Origin: Geosiphon pyriformis uo1
Lineage: Eukaryota; Fungi; Glomeromycota
Assembly (NCBI GenBank): GCA_016748015.1
Contig: JAAOMT010000718.1
Span: 372,001-436,000, forward strand
Direction of reading: 5' to 3'
Length of the DNA: 64,000 nt
Shown here: positions 13,990-27,511 of the stretch, piece by piece
Numbering within the stretch: position 1 is the first letter of the stretch
Layout of the letters: the number at the start of each line of letters is the position of its first letter
Made by a program: the position numbers and the translations under genes
The notes under the pieces: model-generated
What the model was told of the DNA's origin: nothing
The model's database searches: none
Seen by the model: only the letters and a program-made list of their open reading frames with translations

Positions 13990-14902
13990 TTAATACTTTC
14001 GAGAAACACTAAATTCACCTTTATAAGCGTTACTCGGGCCAGATGTCAATGAAACTCCAGCTGTTTCCAAGGCACTTTCCATTAAGGTACCATAATCTTT
14101 GACCAATTCAGCTTCTTTCTGTCGCATGATATTATCATAATCTCTCTTTGATTGTTCAATAGCCGTCAAATATTCATGTCTCTCAATGGAAAATGGATCA
14201 TTGATGAGAAGATTATTTCGCTTTTATTGGGTTCAGTCACAAAAGAAGGAGTCCTAGTAGGGTAAGTTCACTGAGGACAATCATTACGGTTTATTTGAAA
14301 TATAAGATCAGAAAAAGCTTACCATTCTGAATTCACTTAATTCCTCTCTGATTTTCTCGAATTCGTTTTTTGAAGCTTTTACTTATGTATCAAGATAAAT
14401 TGAAAAATTCATTTTAGTCCATAAAAACAAATGATAGGGGTAGTGAATGCCAAAAAAACTATAGAGATTTCCCAATCACTTACATTTTTCTAAAACGCCA
14501 CTTAAATTTCTATTCAAAGATGAAAGACCCCTGGCAAAGCTTTCTGGTGCATCTTGGATCAATAAAACGGACTTTTCTAAAGTATCACGTTCTCGGCCAC
14601 TTCTGGAAGTCTTTTAAATCAAGGTCAAGATGAAGCCAAAGTTCAACTCTCCATAGACTATTCTTTTAGGCTAGAGATCCTTGCAAAAATGTGGGCGAAA
14701 ATTTGGTCACCTCAAATTCTCGCACATAATTCTTCACTTCAAGCTCAACATTCTCTTTGGGGTGACTGAACAGAGTATTGTAAAAATTTCCAATTTCTAT
14801 TTGACATAAATAATAGGTGTGTGGTTTTACGAGAAAAAGTTAACAGACGATTAAAAGTAAATAGTGACCTCGAATAACATTTTTGGGATCGATTTCAAGC
14901 AT
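13990..14902 (-). CDS. BLOC1S5: BLOC-1 subunit 5 (Muted)-like coiled-coil protein, 5 short exons (absent from ORF track)
   Basis: Manual splicing gives MLEIDPKNVIREIGNFYNTLFSHPKENVELEVKNYVREFETSRSGRERDTLEK..., which aligns by eye to Muted LIIKDLGEIHSRLLDH...RYFVKEFEEKRGLRE. GT-AG junctions keep the frame to TAA at 13990. Confidence 0.65.
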
Positions 14903-15060
14903 AATGGGGATAAGAAACCTTGAGAATTCGCGATAACAATCGCAAACTTTTCATTATATAACACCTGATCCAAATAGATCTGCAAATCAATGTTTAAAGG
15001 TTAAAAGTTTCTAGTTAACATTGAAGGTTTCTGTTTCTGAACTTGCGTGGAGACTTTATT

Positions 15061-16140
15061 ATGTTAGTATGATTTCTACCAGAATGTGTAAAATAGTTGA
15101 AAACTTGTTGGTAATCAACTGATCTTTCTTTATTTTAAAATCTTGACCAACTTCCACAGGCCTAGAGCCACTTCCCGTGTAGGGAGCAGATCCCGCTCGC
15201 GGACACGCAGCCGCTCTCGTAGCCGTTCACTAAGAACCGTGTCGCGTTCGCCTTCTCGCTCTCGGACTCGTTCTTATTCTTATTCTTCTAGGAGTCGTTC
15301 TCGCTCTTACTCCCCTAGTCGTTCCCGTTCTTTAACTCACTCACGCAGCCGCTCTCGTTCTCCCTATCAACGTAGGAGGGCTTCCCCACCACCATTAACG
15401 AAAATTATTGTAGAGAAGTTAACGAAGAACGTCACTGTTGCACACTTGACCGAAATATTTGGTTCCTTTGGTCATATCAACCATATTGATTTGCCGACCA
15501 ATAGAAAATGTAAGGTCTAATCATTAGACCAAAGCTTTCTATTTTCGACTTATTAATTGGATTCTCTTTGAAATTAGGGAACGCCAACAGAGGGATTGCC
15601 TACATAGAATATGCATCAAGGGCAGAAGCTGAAAGGGCCATCAGTTATATGGATGGGGTACTATGAAAATTTTTTCTTCGAAATTCTTACTTATTAATTG
15701 CTGATTTGTATTAAATGCAATTCTTTAACACAGGGTCAACTTGATGGCTCTGAGCTCACATGTTCATTGGTTCCGAGGCGCCCTTCTCCACCGCCACCTC
15801 CGCGCCGCAGAGGTATTTAAATTTTCACATTGAATATTATAATCTCATGAATCTCAAACTAATTCAAGTTTTATTTTATTAAATCAAAGTCCCAAGATAT
15901 AACTCTCCTCCACGTAGGTTCGGACCAAGTAGTTATCGAGCTCGTGGGCGGTCTCCGATTCGTAGAAATTCACGATCTAGATCTCCGCGAAAGCGCCATT
16001 CATATTCTTACAGCTCTTATAGCTCTCGTAGTAGATCCAGAACACCTTATTCCAGAAGTCGCAGCAGAAGTTATTCTCGAAGCCATTCCAGGAGCCGATC
16101 TCGAACTCGCAGCAGGACTGAAAGTCGTAGTCGCTATTGA
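15061..16140 (+). CDS. RNPS1: RNPS1-like SR/RRM protein; start codon probably split AT|G by intron 15063-15159
   Basis: Ser/Arg-rich N-terminus; RRM TKIIVEKLTKNVTVAHLTEIFGSFG...RGIAYIEY...AISYMDGGQLDG; RS/P-rich tail. The start position is inferred. Confidence 0.85.
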
Positions 16141-16971
16141 GTGCTATGAAATATCTTGCTTTTCTTCTAAATTGTCATATCTGTTTGATTCTTGTTGCTT
16201 TGCAAACGATGACATTTCCACTCAATATTATGGATTTTCTCATTCACGTTTAAGTTACTAATCTTTTTCATTACAATCACTAACAACCATTATATCTCAC
16301 TCATCTTGATAGTGTATTCACTTTTTCTTTGCGAAACTTGAAAAAATAATCGCATATTTCAAAACAGAGCTCTTTTGTCTACAAAAAAAAATAAAAAAGC
16401 GATTAAACCAAGTTCCTGATCTCCAAATGGCTACCTGTTGGTTTGCAATAGGTAAGTATAAAGATAATTATCGAGAGTAAAGTTTCTTATCAAGGGCGAG
16501 ATAATAGTTATTAACAGAGATATTATTTTACATTTATTTTTCTCCTAATAAATGTCACCCAAATAGATGGAATATTCAATTATAACAGAATTTGAATGAT
16601 TTGGTTTATCAAATAAGAAGTAATAATAAATTCACTCCTGTCAGTTACAAGAAAGGTATGTATTTGAGCCTTTTAATTTTTGAATTTGTTGGATATAGTA
16701 TTCTACACAGCAAAGAGATTTTCGATTTGATTATAATATTGATTATTTAATTCCAAAAAATTCAAACTTCCATAATCCCATTGACAAATTTTCTAGGCGA
16801 ATCTTGCGTTCCTCATTCCCCTTTCTGAATTTAACACGAAAGCTTACATTTTCTTTTTGCCTATGATTTATTACAAAATTTTCATAGTATTTATGATTAC
16901 CTTTGCATAAGCAAAAATATTGTAGTCGACGCTTTCTAAACTCAAAGGTGGCGAGGATTTTGACAGTTTGG

Positions 16972-18475
16972 TTACGAAGCTCTTGTAATTGGGGGTATGT
17001 TTTTCAATATGACAGAGGGCACACATCCACCTATAAATCGACAGGAAATAAGCTTATTTTTAATGTTAGATTCTAAAATGGCCTATAACCACCACCAAGA
17101 TCTTATTACCAGGTATGTGGGAACAGGTACAAGCACCTCCAAGGAATGAGGGAAGATTTTCTTCCGGAATATGTTCTAAAAGTGTTTTCTAATGAAATTG
17201 AAATCAGTATTTAAATTAAAATTTAAATAAAAACAACCTTATTTATACCTTGTAATCTTTCCCGAATATGTGTACTTTTTCCAATGTCCTGGGCTCCAAC
17301 CATCTCTTTGCAATAGCCCATATACTTACAAAAATAAATGGTGCATTCACTATAAAAAGTTTTCCCAATCTTTCGGGATAATGCATTTGATCTAAATCAA
17401 TCAATTCGCGAAACATATTCATTGCGGCCATATTTAAATCTATTTAATTTTCGGTTCTTCCATTAATAATCAATCTTTCAACAAAAATTAGAAGCAGGTA
17501 AAATGAAGAAATTTTCTGAATTACAATGAAAGCCCATCCCCTCACAATCAAAAATGGCAATATGTTTGTCAATAATCTTTCCTGTGCGTGCACTCAATTC
17601 AGGCATGATAACACGATTTGTTGTTTCTTGGCATTTAAGATGCCAAGAAATTAAATCTTCTAGTTTGATAAATTTTGCAAAGTTTTTTAGATCATGATAG
17701 CCCTAAATTCTCCACGATATTAATAAGAGATGAAGAATTAAAATCTAGTTTTGAACAAAAGCATTCAATTGAAACTCACCAAGCGTTCAATGAAGAGAGC
17801 TTGACCATATTTATCAGTTTTATGCAAAGCGTGCCCCCCAAAATAATTGTAAATTAGCAGGATAAAATCAGGCACTCCTTCGACACCTTCCACGTTAGCA
17901 TCTGGCAAAAATGGCTCCAACCCACGGACCGGGTATGGTATTGGAGTCCCGGGATTAAGAACAGGCAAAGGAATAGAATCTATTTGTTTCTCAAGACGCC
18001 ATTTTGTGGTTTCTAAGAGCTGTTGTTTTGCGCTTTCCTATATTTCATGGAAAATTATATGAATATTTAAGGATGAATTATAATATGTAATACTCCATTA
18101 AGAAATAACATACCAGTTGAAAATTCTTTGCAACCAAATATCGTAATAAAGCCTAAAGTAATAATTACAAATTCAACAAGTTAAACCATATTCAAACTAT
18201 TGCGAAATTAAATGTTTTGGTTGGAGTACTAAAGATATTTTCTTCAAAAATTAAATTGAGAAGTTATTCTTGATTTTTTGGCGTTGAAACTTTAATCAAG
18301 TTACCTGATCATCATATAATATATTATCCTCACCCAACAATTCACGAAACTTGTTTAAAAACTGGGTCTCTTTGTCGGGGGTCAATTGGGATATATCATC
18401 TGTAAGAATATTTGATGATTCCCTGCTTTTTGTAGTTGAGTAGACATTAGTTTCGGTTGAAGAACGTAGCCACAT
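16972..18475 (-). CDS. Sec14/CRAL-TRIO lipid-binding protein, multi-exon
   Basis: LLRYLVAKNF, HKTDKYGQALFIERL, IFDCEGMG, DQMHYPERLGKLFIVNAP, IPEENLPSFLGGACTC. Confidence 0.9.
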
Positions 18476-19200
18476 TTTTAATTATAAAAAGAGAAGTAAA
18501 GAAAATTGAAAAAAAAAACAGGTACAAACCAAAGAACTTTAAATGATAAACCAAGAGACCACGCGTAAAAGATCTCGGATCTAATAGTTACAAAAAAATT
18601 TAGATAAGGTGTCATATATCTCACATTTTAAATTAGATGAACATGGCTTGTAATACTATTGATAATTTTAATTTAATTTAAAATACAAGAATAGGACAGA
18701 GAATTAGAGTAAATAATAAGCAATGCCCTATTTTCACAATAATATCAATGTTCATTAAAATAGCAAAAAATTCAAAAAAATTATAAAATTTATATACATA
18801 ATGTTTGATAAAAATTATATTACTATTATATGTGAAAAGATTAATACAATTAATGATTGTTAAAAAAACCATAAAGACCCGCCGATCGAAATTAAAAATA
18901 TTTAAAATTTTTATCTTTTAATAAAATGAATTAAAAAGTTATCCAAATTTAAAATACAAAAAAACTTGAAAATTTAGGTAGAGTAAAAGTTTATTTAATG
19001 AAAAAATGAATTATTAAAAAGAGTATTAATTAATGGGATTAATTTTAATGTAAAGTTTATTAAAGTTTATTAAATACTTGTTTGAAAAAAAATCGTCAAA
19101 TATATAAGATACTATTGTTTTTTGTTTTAAAGTTTTAATAAATAAATTACAATATGAAAATGTCTTTAATTATACAATACACGCTTTTTTTTATATAAAA

Positions 19201-19239
<39 letters not shown>

Positions 19240-20001
19240 TGCTAAAAAAAAATTTATAATATTTGTATTTACAAATGAAAAATACATAATAAATGTATAT
19301 ATTTATCAAAAAAATTACTTATTTTATAAAATTATTTCTTATTTTAATTATATTTAATATTTTATATTAAATAATTAACTAATTTATAAATTTCAATTTT
19401 AAAAATTGAACTAAAACTTACAAAGACTTTAAAAAGCTTATTTCAAAACTTTAAATTGTAAAAATATTTGCAAAACACTTTTGGCTAAAACAATTAGAAT
19501 TCGCACCTACTGATGAATTAAAAGTGTTAAAAAATTTTGCAACTGAACGGACTAATTAAATAGTCTATCCATCATGTATGAAAGATATTAAACTTTGAGA
19601 GTTCGAATACTTGGTACATACATTTCAGAATAACCTAATATAACTCAATTGTCCTGAAAAATCCTTTAATTAAATCTCCTTAACAACTTTGCACAATTTG
19701 GGAATTATTCTCGAAAGAGACATTACTTGAGGAATCAAAACTTTAAAACCAAAGACTCCCAGTACTATTATTTTTGTAAAACAATGTTTTATGAATAATA
19801 TGACAAAATCCATTCGTTTGTTCCCTGAAAGTAAAAATTCCCAAGGAAAAAATTCCCACATAAATATTTAAAATATATCCAACTCATGTATTTTCAGGAA
19901 ATATCTTTTTAAGCTGGCCATTACCCATACCCAATATTTCAAATATTCATTCCTCTGTTAATATCTTGGGTGTACGCCAAGTTCATGTTCATCGGTGAGA
20001 A

Positions 20002-20814
20002 TTACCGCAACAGCAAATTATTGCCGGCTATAGTCTGGATGAGGGTAGTAATCATTCCCATTTGTTCAGGAGTGAGATTTGAGTTTAAAGTTTGAATAGG
20101 AATGTCGTTGTCAAGGGATGTATTTGAATTAAAAACTAATGGAGCCGGAGCTAATTGCGACCCTGGGGATGGCTTTGATACATTATTCATCTTTTGATGA
20201 CAAATCGAGGAACGAGAGTTATCAATAGCACTAGGCAAATTAGCTCCATACATGACATTGAATTTAGGTTGTCTGTTCAGAGAATTGACAATAACCAGCC
20301 ATTCCTTCATTTGATGGACTCGCATATATTCAAATTCGGATCTTTGGCTTATGCGCAACATTTTGTGCTCTTTAATGTATTGCCCGTTCAAATCATCAAT
20401 ATTAAGATATGATTCATCCTCTAAAGGATTTTCGATTAAATGTGAGATGGCTTCATTGACATCAAAGAAGCTTGAGGATGTGAAAGTATCAATTTTAGCC
20501 GAGTTTGGATCATTTCGTAGAAAATTACAAAATGTTTTATCAAAGGTCATCCCATTCAAAGGAGAAGTGTATGAATGTTGTCTGGTGAGGTTCTGATCAA
20601 TACCCATGTAGAAATTTTTGCGTAACTCCTGGGTTTCACGAGCATGTCTTGCAGCAAGCTTTTGTAGCTGCTTTTGGTGTTTTGCTTTATGGTAGGTAAG
20701 CCTTTGGCAATTGTAATTGGCTTCTTCTCTAGCGTTGCTAGGTGGCTTCAGAAGTCCTTCTTCGTCGTCACTTTCTGGAATTTCTTCCAACATTTCCCAG
20801 AATAAATCCTCCAT
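20002..20814 (-). CDS. Hypothetical protein, 270 aa, single exon
   Basis: Long ORF starting at ATG with gene-like composition; divergent from the proteasome gene; no motif recognised. Confidence 0.6.
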   Translation of the reverse strand: MEDLFWEMLEEIPESDDEEGLLKPPSNAREEANYNCQRLTYHKAKHQKQLQKLAARHARETQELRKNFYMGIDQNLTRQHSYTSPLNGMTFDKTFCNFLRNDPNSAKIDTFTSSSFFDVNEAISHLIENPLEDESYLNIDDLNGQYIKEHKMLRISQRSEFEYMRVHQMKEWLVIVNSLNRQPKFNVMYGANLPSAIDNSRSSICHQKMNNVSKPSPGSQLAPAPLVFNSNTSLDNDIPIQTLNSNLTPEQMGMITTLIQTIAGNNLLLR

Positions 20815-21045
20815 TCTACTCTATATGGGAAGGAAGGAGTTGGAAAAATTGCAGACCAGAGGGAACGTTTATAGGCTTTACACATAAATCCATTTAAAAA
20901 ATGAGCCTAGTTTGAAAGCTCAAATTATTTTAGCATATTCAAATTCCATAGATTTTACACGCACATCTAATTTCAATCAACCTATAGAAAATCAAACAAA
21001 GCTTACGCAACTTACCATTCTTCCTTTCTAAACCAAAGATCCAAA

Positions 21046-22112
21046 ATGTCTTTGAAGTCTGGCGAAATCAATTTAGGAGCAAGTATTTCTAATCCTTTTC
21101 CCTTTCCTATTATCTGTTGATTAAACTTACTGGGTGCCCCTCATTTATAAGACATCCATTATGGCAGTGCAATTTGCCAAGGGTGTCGTTATTGGAGCTG
21201 ACACACGTACTACAACTGGTTCTTACATTTCTAACCGGGTTACCGATAAACTGACCCCAGTTCACGAAAAGATTTATTGTTGTCGCTCTGGGAGTGCAGC
21301 AGATACTCAGGCAATTGCAGATATAGTTCAATATTATTTGCAAATGTATCAGTAAATATCGCCCCTCGAAATGTTTTTCAACGGCAAAATTCATTTTTTT
21401 TGGAAGATAGAAATTTAAATTTGTTTTGAAAATAGCATGCAACTAGGAGAGCTTCCTACGGTGCAAACAGCTTCAGCCTTGTTTCAAGAAATTTGCTATA
21501 CAAACAAAGACAATCTTATGGCTGGAATTATTGTAGCAGGATGGGATGAGCATGATGGCGCAAGTGTTTATAATGTTCCTCTTGGTGGGTCACTACATAG
21601 ACAGCCGTTTGCAATTGGAGGTAATGTGGGGATGATTTTTTGTTTTAATCATCATTGGGAATTTATTTACCAGAGGAAAATGGCTACTTACATGAGTTTT
21701 TTCATTCATTCATTCATTCATTCTACTAGGAAGTGGTTCAACTTACATTTACGGGTATTGCGATGCTAGCTATAGAACCGGTATGACGCAGGATGAATGT
21801 GTAGATTTCGTAAAAAATGGTGAATATATAATAGAAAAATAATTGCATTACACCGAGATTTTGTTTTAAACATCTATTCACAATTTCAAATAAATAGCTC
21901 TCGCTTTGGCCATGTCTCGAGATGGATCTTCAGGTGGATGCATTCGGTTAGCGATCATTACAGAAACTGGAGTGGAAAAAATATTCATCCCAGGAGATCA
22001 ATTGCCAGGTGAATTTAAATCTCGATGTTCTTAAATATACGCATTTTCTAGTTCAACATTGCAATTAAAATATATACAATTTTTACTATATTTAGTATTC
22101 TGGGAAGGTTAA
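21046..22112 (+). CDS. PRE3: 20S proteasome subunit beta1 (Pre3/PSMB6)
   Basis: [11 protein letters not shown]|TSIMAVQF...[56 protein letters not shown]. Confidence 0.96.
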
Positions 22113-22305
22113 ATCAGTGTTAAATACATTAATATAATATAAAATCTTGTCTTATTAAAAAATTTGTCTCGTTAAAGTTTACATATGACGGGAAACTTAA
22201 TAATAACTATAGATAATCTGAGATCTAGCACGTGACATTTAAACGTTTTCGTTGATTGACATTTCTCGAAAGGAAAATTTTATAGTATTTGACATTTTCA
22301 CCATC

Positions 22306-23879
22306 ATGAGCAGACTTTCGCAAGTGGGCATTCGTTCGCGCTTCTTTGCTACCTCTCTTACCCCTATTATACGCTTTACACCAGTACAAATTTCGACTCG
22401 GTTATTCAGCTCAAGCATTGAAAAGTCTAGTGTTGAAGTTGAGCCCGGTACGAAAAAAGAATCAAATGCGGAAGGCATTCACCAAAATGAAAAATTGGAG
22501 ACGGACACGTCAAATCCGATTAGCGATTGGAAAGCAACTCTGCTGAAGGCAAACAGTAATCCTCCAACGTCTCAAAGAGAACCTCGTGCAAGAGATCCTC
22601 GTGCAAGAGATCCTCGTGCAAGAGATCCTCGTGCAAGAGATCCTCGTGCAAGAGATCCAAGATTTCAAAAAGAAACTGTTGCAAACGATTCGATTGCTCA
22701 AGAAGACAAGAGTGTTAAAAAAGATCAAACATTCCTTCAAAAGAAGAGTTTTCAAGGGGATTCAACACTTCCAATAACTCAAGATTTTACAAGGAATCAA
22801 GTTTCTAAAGAAAGAATAGAACCCCTCGCAAGAGACGTTACGAGAGACGAAACTAAGCCTGCTTTATTTGCGAACTCGAAAAGGATAAAAACACCTAGCC
22901 GCCCACAACCCTCTCAACTATTAAGGTCCTGGGACCCGCCTAAAGCTGAAAGTGATTTATCCGATATTGGTTTGCATGAGCTCTTTTGTAAAATCCTTTA
23001 ACTTTTCAATCTTTCCCAACTTCAAAAACATTTTTGTTTGTTTAAAGATACGCCAAGAGTCACTCCTTACGTATTGATAACCCAGTTGCCCATAAGTGTT
23101 CTTCCGGGTGATATCCAACGAATGACGCTCATGGACAAAGAATTAAAAAATAGTATTATTGAATGTAAAATTTGACCTGGATTCATTCTAATTCTTATTA
23201 GATATCAGGAGAATTTCCTAGACTAATAACCATTTCTTACCTATTACAATTCCCCCCCCCCTTTTACTATGATTTCTAAATAGTATGTTATTGGAGGACC
23301 GGGTTTTTCCAATTCCAGGGGAGAATAGCCGTAAAATTTGCTAATGATCAAGTTGCTGATAGATTCATGCTAAGGAATAGGTTAACATTTGTGGGAGGAC
23401 AGAAAATCGGATTTGATACCATAGTGAGTATTTCAACCCCAAATTATGAATTTTCTCCTGTCCAGGGCTTGATAGATAATTTACTTGTTTTAGGGAGAAG
23501 CTTTATACCAGAAAAACCGTAAACCAGAACTTTTGGAGTTTCCTGGCCAACATGTGCAGTTAGTAGGAGTACCGAAGAGGGTAAGTCCTGAGGAATTGAG
23601 ATTCTTACTTGGTGAATTCGATATAACAGATTATGGAATTCAAGAATTACGTTGGTAGGTTAAAATGATTTTTATTTCCTATTTTTGGGTTATTATGCAT
23701 AAAATTAATTCTTTTATGATGCATTATATAGCATCGAAAGAGAGATATCTGCTAAATGGCTTATCAGATTAGAGTCCAAATCTGAAGCGTATCGCCTTGT
23801 ACGCTCTGTACATAATCGTTATTTCCAACCTGACATCTATCAGAAAGATTTTGTAGTAAGAGCTAATGTTGTCTATTAA
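22306..23879 (+). CDS. Probable mitochondrial protein with C-terminal RRM-like domains, multi-exon
   Basis: Arg/Ser-rich presequence MSRLSQVGIRSRFFATS; spliced C-terminus ...WLIRLESKSEAYRLVRSVHN...RANVVY*. Confidence 0.6.
22582..22656 (+). repeat. Perfect 15-bp coding tandem repeat x5 (PRARD)
   Basis: (CCTCGTGCAAGAGAT)5. Confidence 0.95.
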
Positions 23880-24421
23880 ATGGGTATATGTCTCCTCGTT
23901 TGCAACTAGATTGTGGGTTTCGTATAAGAAATGAAAGAAATTTATAGATGGAGATCACGATTATGGAGACAAGTTAGTCTCAAAAAGTTTTTCGCGGGAA
24001 ACTATTTTAGAATGCGTGATAAATGTGACACAAATTAAAGTTTCTTCTTATATTTTATTATTTCAAACTTATTTTATAAATTTTTTCTAAAAGTTTCTTA
24101 TTTTCAAGGATATAAGTGCACCTGCATTTATTGTTTCACAGTAAAAACTTGCACTTTTACACGTGACTAGCCACCAAGCCAATCAAAACATTACCTAACA
24201 AACTTCTGATTGGTCATTATTATGAGTATTTTAATATACTTGGGAATTTGCACATGCAGAATATAGAGAGTGCGCGCGCTTAGCCCTAAGTCCCGAACTT
24301 GGGACCGGGCTATAGCATGCATATAGAGAGTATGCATATAGAGAGTATGCATTTATAGAGGGTATTGAAGTTCTTGAATTTACGGGAACCTCATTACTGT
24401 ATCATTCGGAAATACAAAATC

Positions 24422-25344
24422 ATGTCTTCTCGCCACGACCTAATCTTAAAATTTTTTAATGTCATTTCATTCATATTAGTGTTAGTGATAAACTTCTGGC
24501 ATCCCAAACAACATTATGACGAAGAAGAAAAAATAATACTTCTTGCACCTACTGAGTGGGCGTTTTTAATTTGGCCACTCATTTATACTTTATTAGGAGG
24601 GTTTTTACTGTATCAATGGTTCCCGGCTGGTAATGATGCGGCTGTTGACGGTGTGAAGTGGTATTTTGTCGTTTCGAATGTGTTTAATATTTCGTTTATA
24701 CTTTTTTGGGTAAGTGTTATCGAATGAGAAGTTGTGGTAGAGTAGGGTGGGATAGGGCTTTATTTGAAGCGTATTTCTTGAGGGTACTATTGAAATTCAT
24801 CTCAAGAATTAAATAACTGAATTTTTCTTCCCATTAATCAATTTTTGTTTGATAGGACAAGAAATTTCAACCCCTCCAAACCCTTCTTCTCTTGGCTCTC
24901 TTTGTCACCGTAGCAAAAATATACTATAATCTCAGCTTTTACCCACCCAAGAACATTTTTGATCGTCTCTTCCTCCACTACCCATTCGCAATTTACACAG
25001 CATGGACCGGATTTGCAACCGTGCTTATTTTCTGGATAACCTTCCGTTCTGTTCTTAACACTGTTCTTCTCTCAACTATCGCGATCGGTGTAATTGGAGT
25101 AATCACTCTATATTTGGTTGATTATCATGACCGTCGTGATTTTGTTTTGGGTTCTACGGTTGTATGGGCATTAAGTGGAATTGCATTGTATCATCAAGAT
25201 CAGTTGGAAATATTGTTAGCCTCGTCTATTGCCGGTGGTCTTATTTTTGGGGCAATTTTGAGAGTTTGGGTCGTACAGACCGTTTCTTGGTGGCGATTGA
25301 GGAATCAGAGTTTGGAGGAGAGCGCTTCGTTGTTAGGAAATTAA
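24422..25344 (+). CDS. TspO/MBR-related multi-pass membrane protein, 2 exons
   Basis: APTEWAFLIWPLIY, YQW and HYPFAIYTAW motifs; several hydrophobic helices; intron about 24710-24855. Confidence 0.7.
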
Positions 25345-26453
25345 GCTGGGAATTGGGTTTATGCATTTGAAATTAGAAATCTTTGAGGGATTCTATAACA
25401 TTATTATAGGTTAAATATCACATTTTTATTTTGGTCTTTCTATTTTTTATATATATTAAATGTGATTAAAATTAAAGAAAAACTGCAAATTTTAAATGAT
25501 CTCGAAAAGTTTGGTGTTTCACAATATTAGCCTCCTGGATATTCATAATTATTAGTATTATGGTGATTTCGCGTATAGCGTAAATGCTTCACGGCCATTT
25601 CCGTTTATGAGGGTGAACGCATGATGTCTGATGATCATCAAATTCTAAAACTAATTTCTAGAAGTTATTGTTCCGTTGATAGTGAAAAATTGCTCTATTC
25701 TCTTGTTCGCCCAAACACAATAAGGACAACGACCAAGTCGTTTATATTTCTTTCGTCATTACTTTGATTAAGATCTCAGGTTTCAAAAGAAATTGACGCA
25801 TGCATTAATATTATTAATTATACTATTTTTGAGCTGGGATCTCTGATTTTGAATGCTTTTTTACAAAATTAAATTATGGAGTATCTGGATTGAGAAAAAG
25901 TTCTTGAATCGTTATCAAACAAAATTTTGTTATTGAAAATCTAAATTTTGAAAGTTCGTTTTGAAAATTCAAAAAAGACGACTGGCACACTAAACATTTG
26001 AGATTGAAAACTTTGATATCATGATCGCTTAGTGATAAATAAATGAACGTTGAAACATATTAATAAAACAAAGATTACAGATTTTCTAGCTAATTCAAAA
26101 TTCAAATCCATGGACATTTGTAACGATTGATAATAACCCTAGTTAAAAGCATAAATAACAACAACAACAACAACAACAACAAAAAATGAAGACGTTCAAC
26201 CAATTATAAATTAATTTGATGAAAGATATATACTAGAATCATGGGGACGGTTTTTTTGAGTGGATTTCTTTGATCCCATTTTGGTTCTTTTTTCTTTTAT
26301 TGCAACCATTTTTTGGCGTCTTTTTACTCTAATTTTTTGTGAAAGAGCGGGTTCTCTATCGTATTAATTTATTCTTTTTTGATTCAAAGCGGGTTTTCAA
26401 AAGATCACTCTCCCCTAAACCTACTTTCTTCTCTTTCCTAATTTATAACAACC

Positions 26454-27511
26454 ATGCGAAAACTGCTAACTACACTCCTACAAATCTTTTTCATATTCCT
26501 CCTTATAACCTACCTAATCGTAAACACTGTTCTTGACATTGCACGAACTAAATTAGTCTACACTTCACTCTCGTTCGAAACCGCCTCTGAACTTCCACCA
26601 CCAGCCTTCACACTCTGTAGTGATGACGTGAAATATACGTTTAATTGTACCATTTATGGAAATGTGACCAAGGGTTGTTCTGGGTTAATAACACCAGTAG
26701 ATGTCTCAAAGGACGAAAATTATAATGGGTGGTTTACACAGTGTTATGTGAGTGAGTTTGTCTAAAAAAAACATTTGCATTTTAGATTTTCTCATTACTG
26801 AATCGTTCTCAATTTTTGGATACTTAGGTATTTCAAACAACTGAATCACTAATTAGTCAGGAACCGAAAACACCCCCAAAACAATGGACCGCTTTCCAGT
26901 CCCCGTTTTTTATTCGATACGCGTTAAACAACGCGTCTACAATTTCAAAAATGAATCTAATGGTTTGGAATCCATTCCTTTTACCCTCGACCACTTCCTC
27001 CTCATCTAAGAATATTTCAATAACGGCAGCACAAATTCTAAGCCCCTACCAAATCACACAAATGGATGCATGTCGTGAACGGGTATTTACATTCTATTGG
27101 CGTAAACACGTGTTCCTGAACGGTTCGGAAAAATGGGACGTGGATTGGCGTGCTGAATTTGGAGTCGCCTCCAACGCGTTTGGAACAAATATGAGCGCAA
27201 TCGGAGTAATTCATTTTAAACCGGGGACGTTCGAAATTCCAACTACTCGTGAATATCGTATTTTGCCGGTGCTATCAATAATCACTACTTTCCTGGTACT
27301 CCTTGCCGCATTATATTCTACATATTACGCAATATTATGTGGGAGGGGAAAATATCGTATTTGGGGATTGGCTCATGAAATAACGCGATATTTTCCTCAA
27401 CAACATTTGCAAAGATCGGCGGAGAATAAAGAGATAGACATTCCGACGGCGGATGATATTTTGAAAGTGTATTTGGATGGATTGGATAAAGCTGAGTTTA
27501 AGAAAAAGTGA
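26454..27511 (+). CDS. Two-TM protein with a Cys-containing ectodomain, 2 exons
   Basis: N-terminal TM, ELPPPAFTLC motif, N-glycosylation sequons, second TM ILPVLSIITTFLVLLAALYSTYYAIL; intron about 26748-26827. Confidence 0.7.

Noticed and set aside
16400-16930. Plus-strand splice-like signals downstream of RNPS1 (small gene or spliced 3' UTR)
   Set aside because: Only a ~17-aa peptide can be assembled; it cannot be supported without transcript data.
22346-22777. Overlapping ORFs with VQEIL and CTRIS repeats
   Set aside because: Shadow frames of the 15-bp repeat in the main gene.
25555-25640. Possible box C/D snoRNA
   Set aside because: Box C is imperfect, and there is no convincing terminal stem or recognisable rRNA guide.
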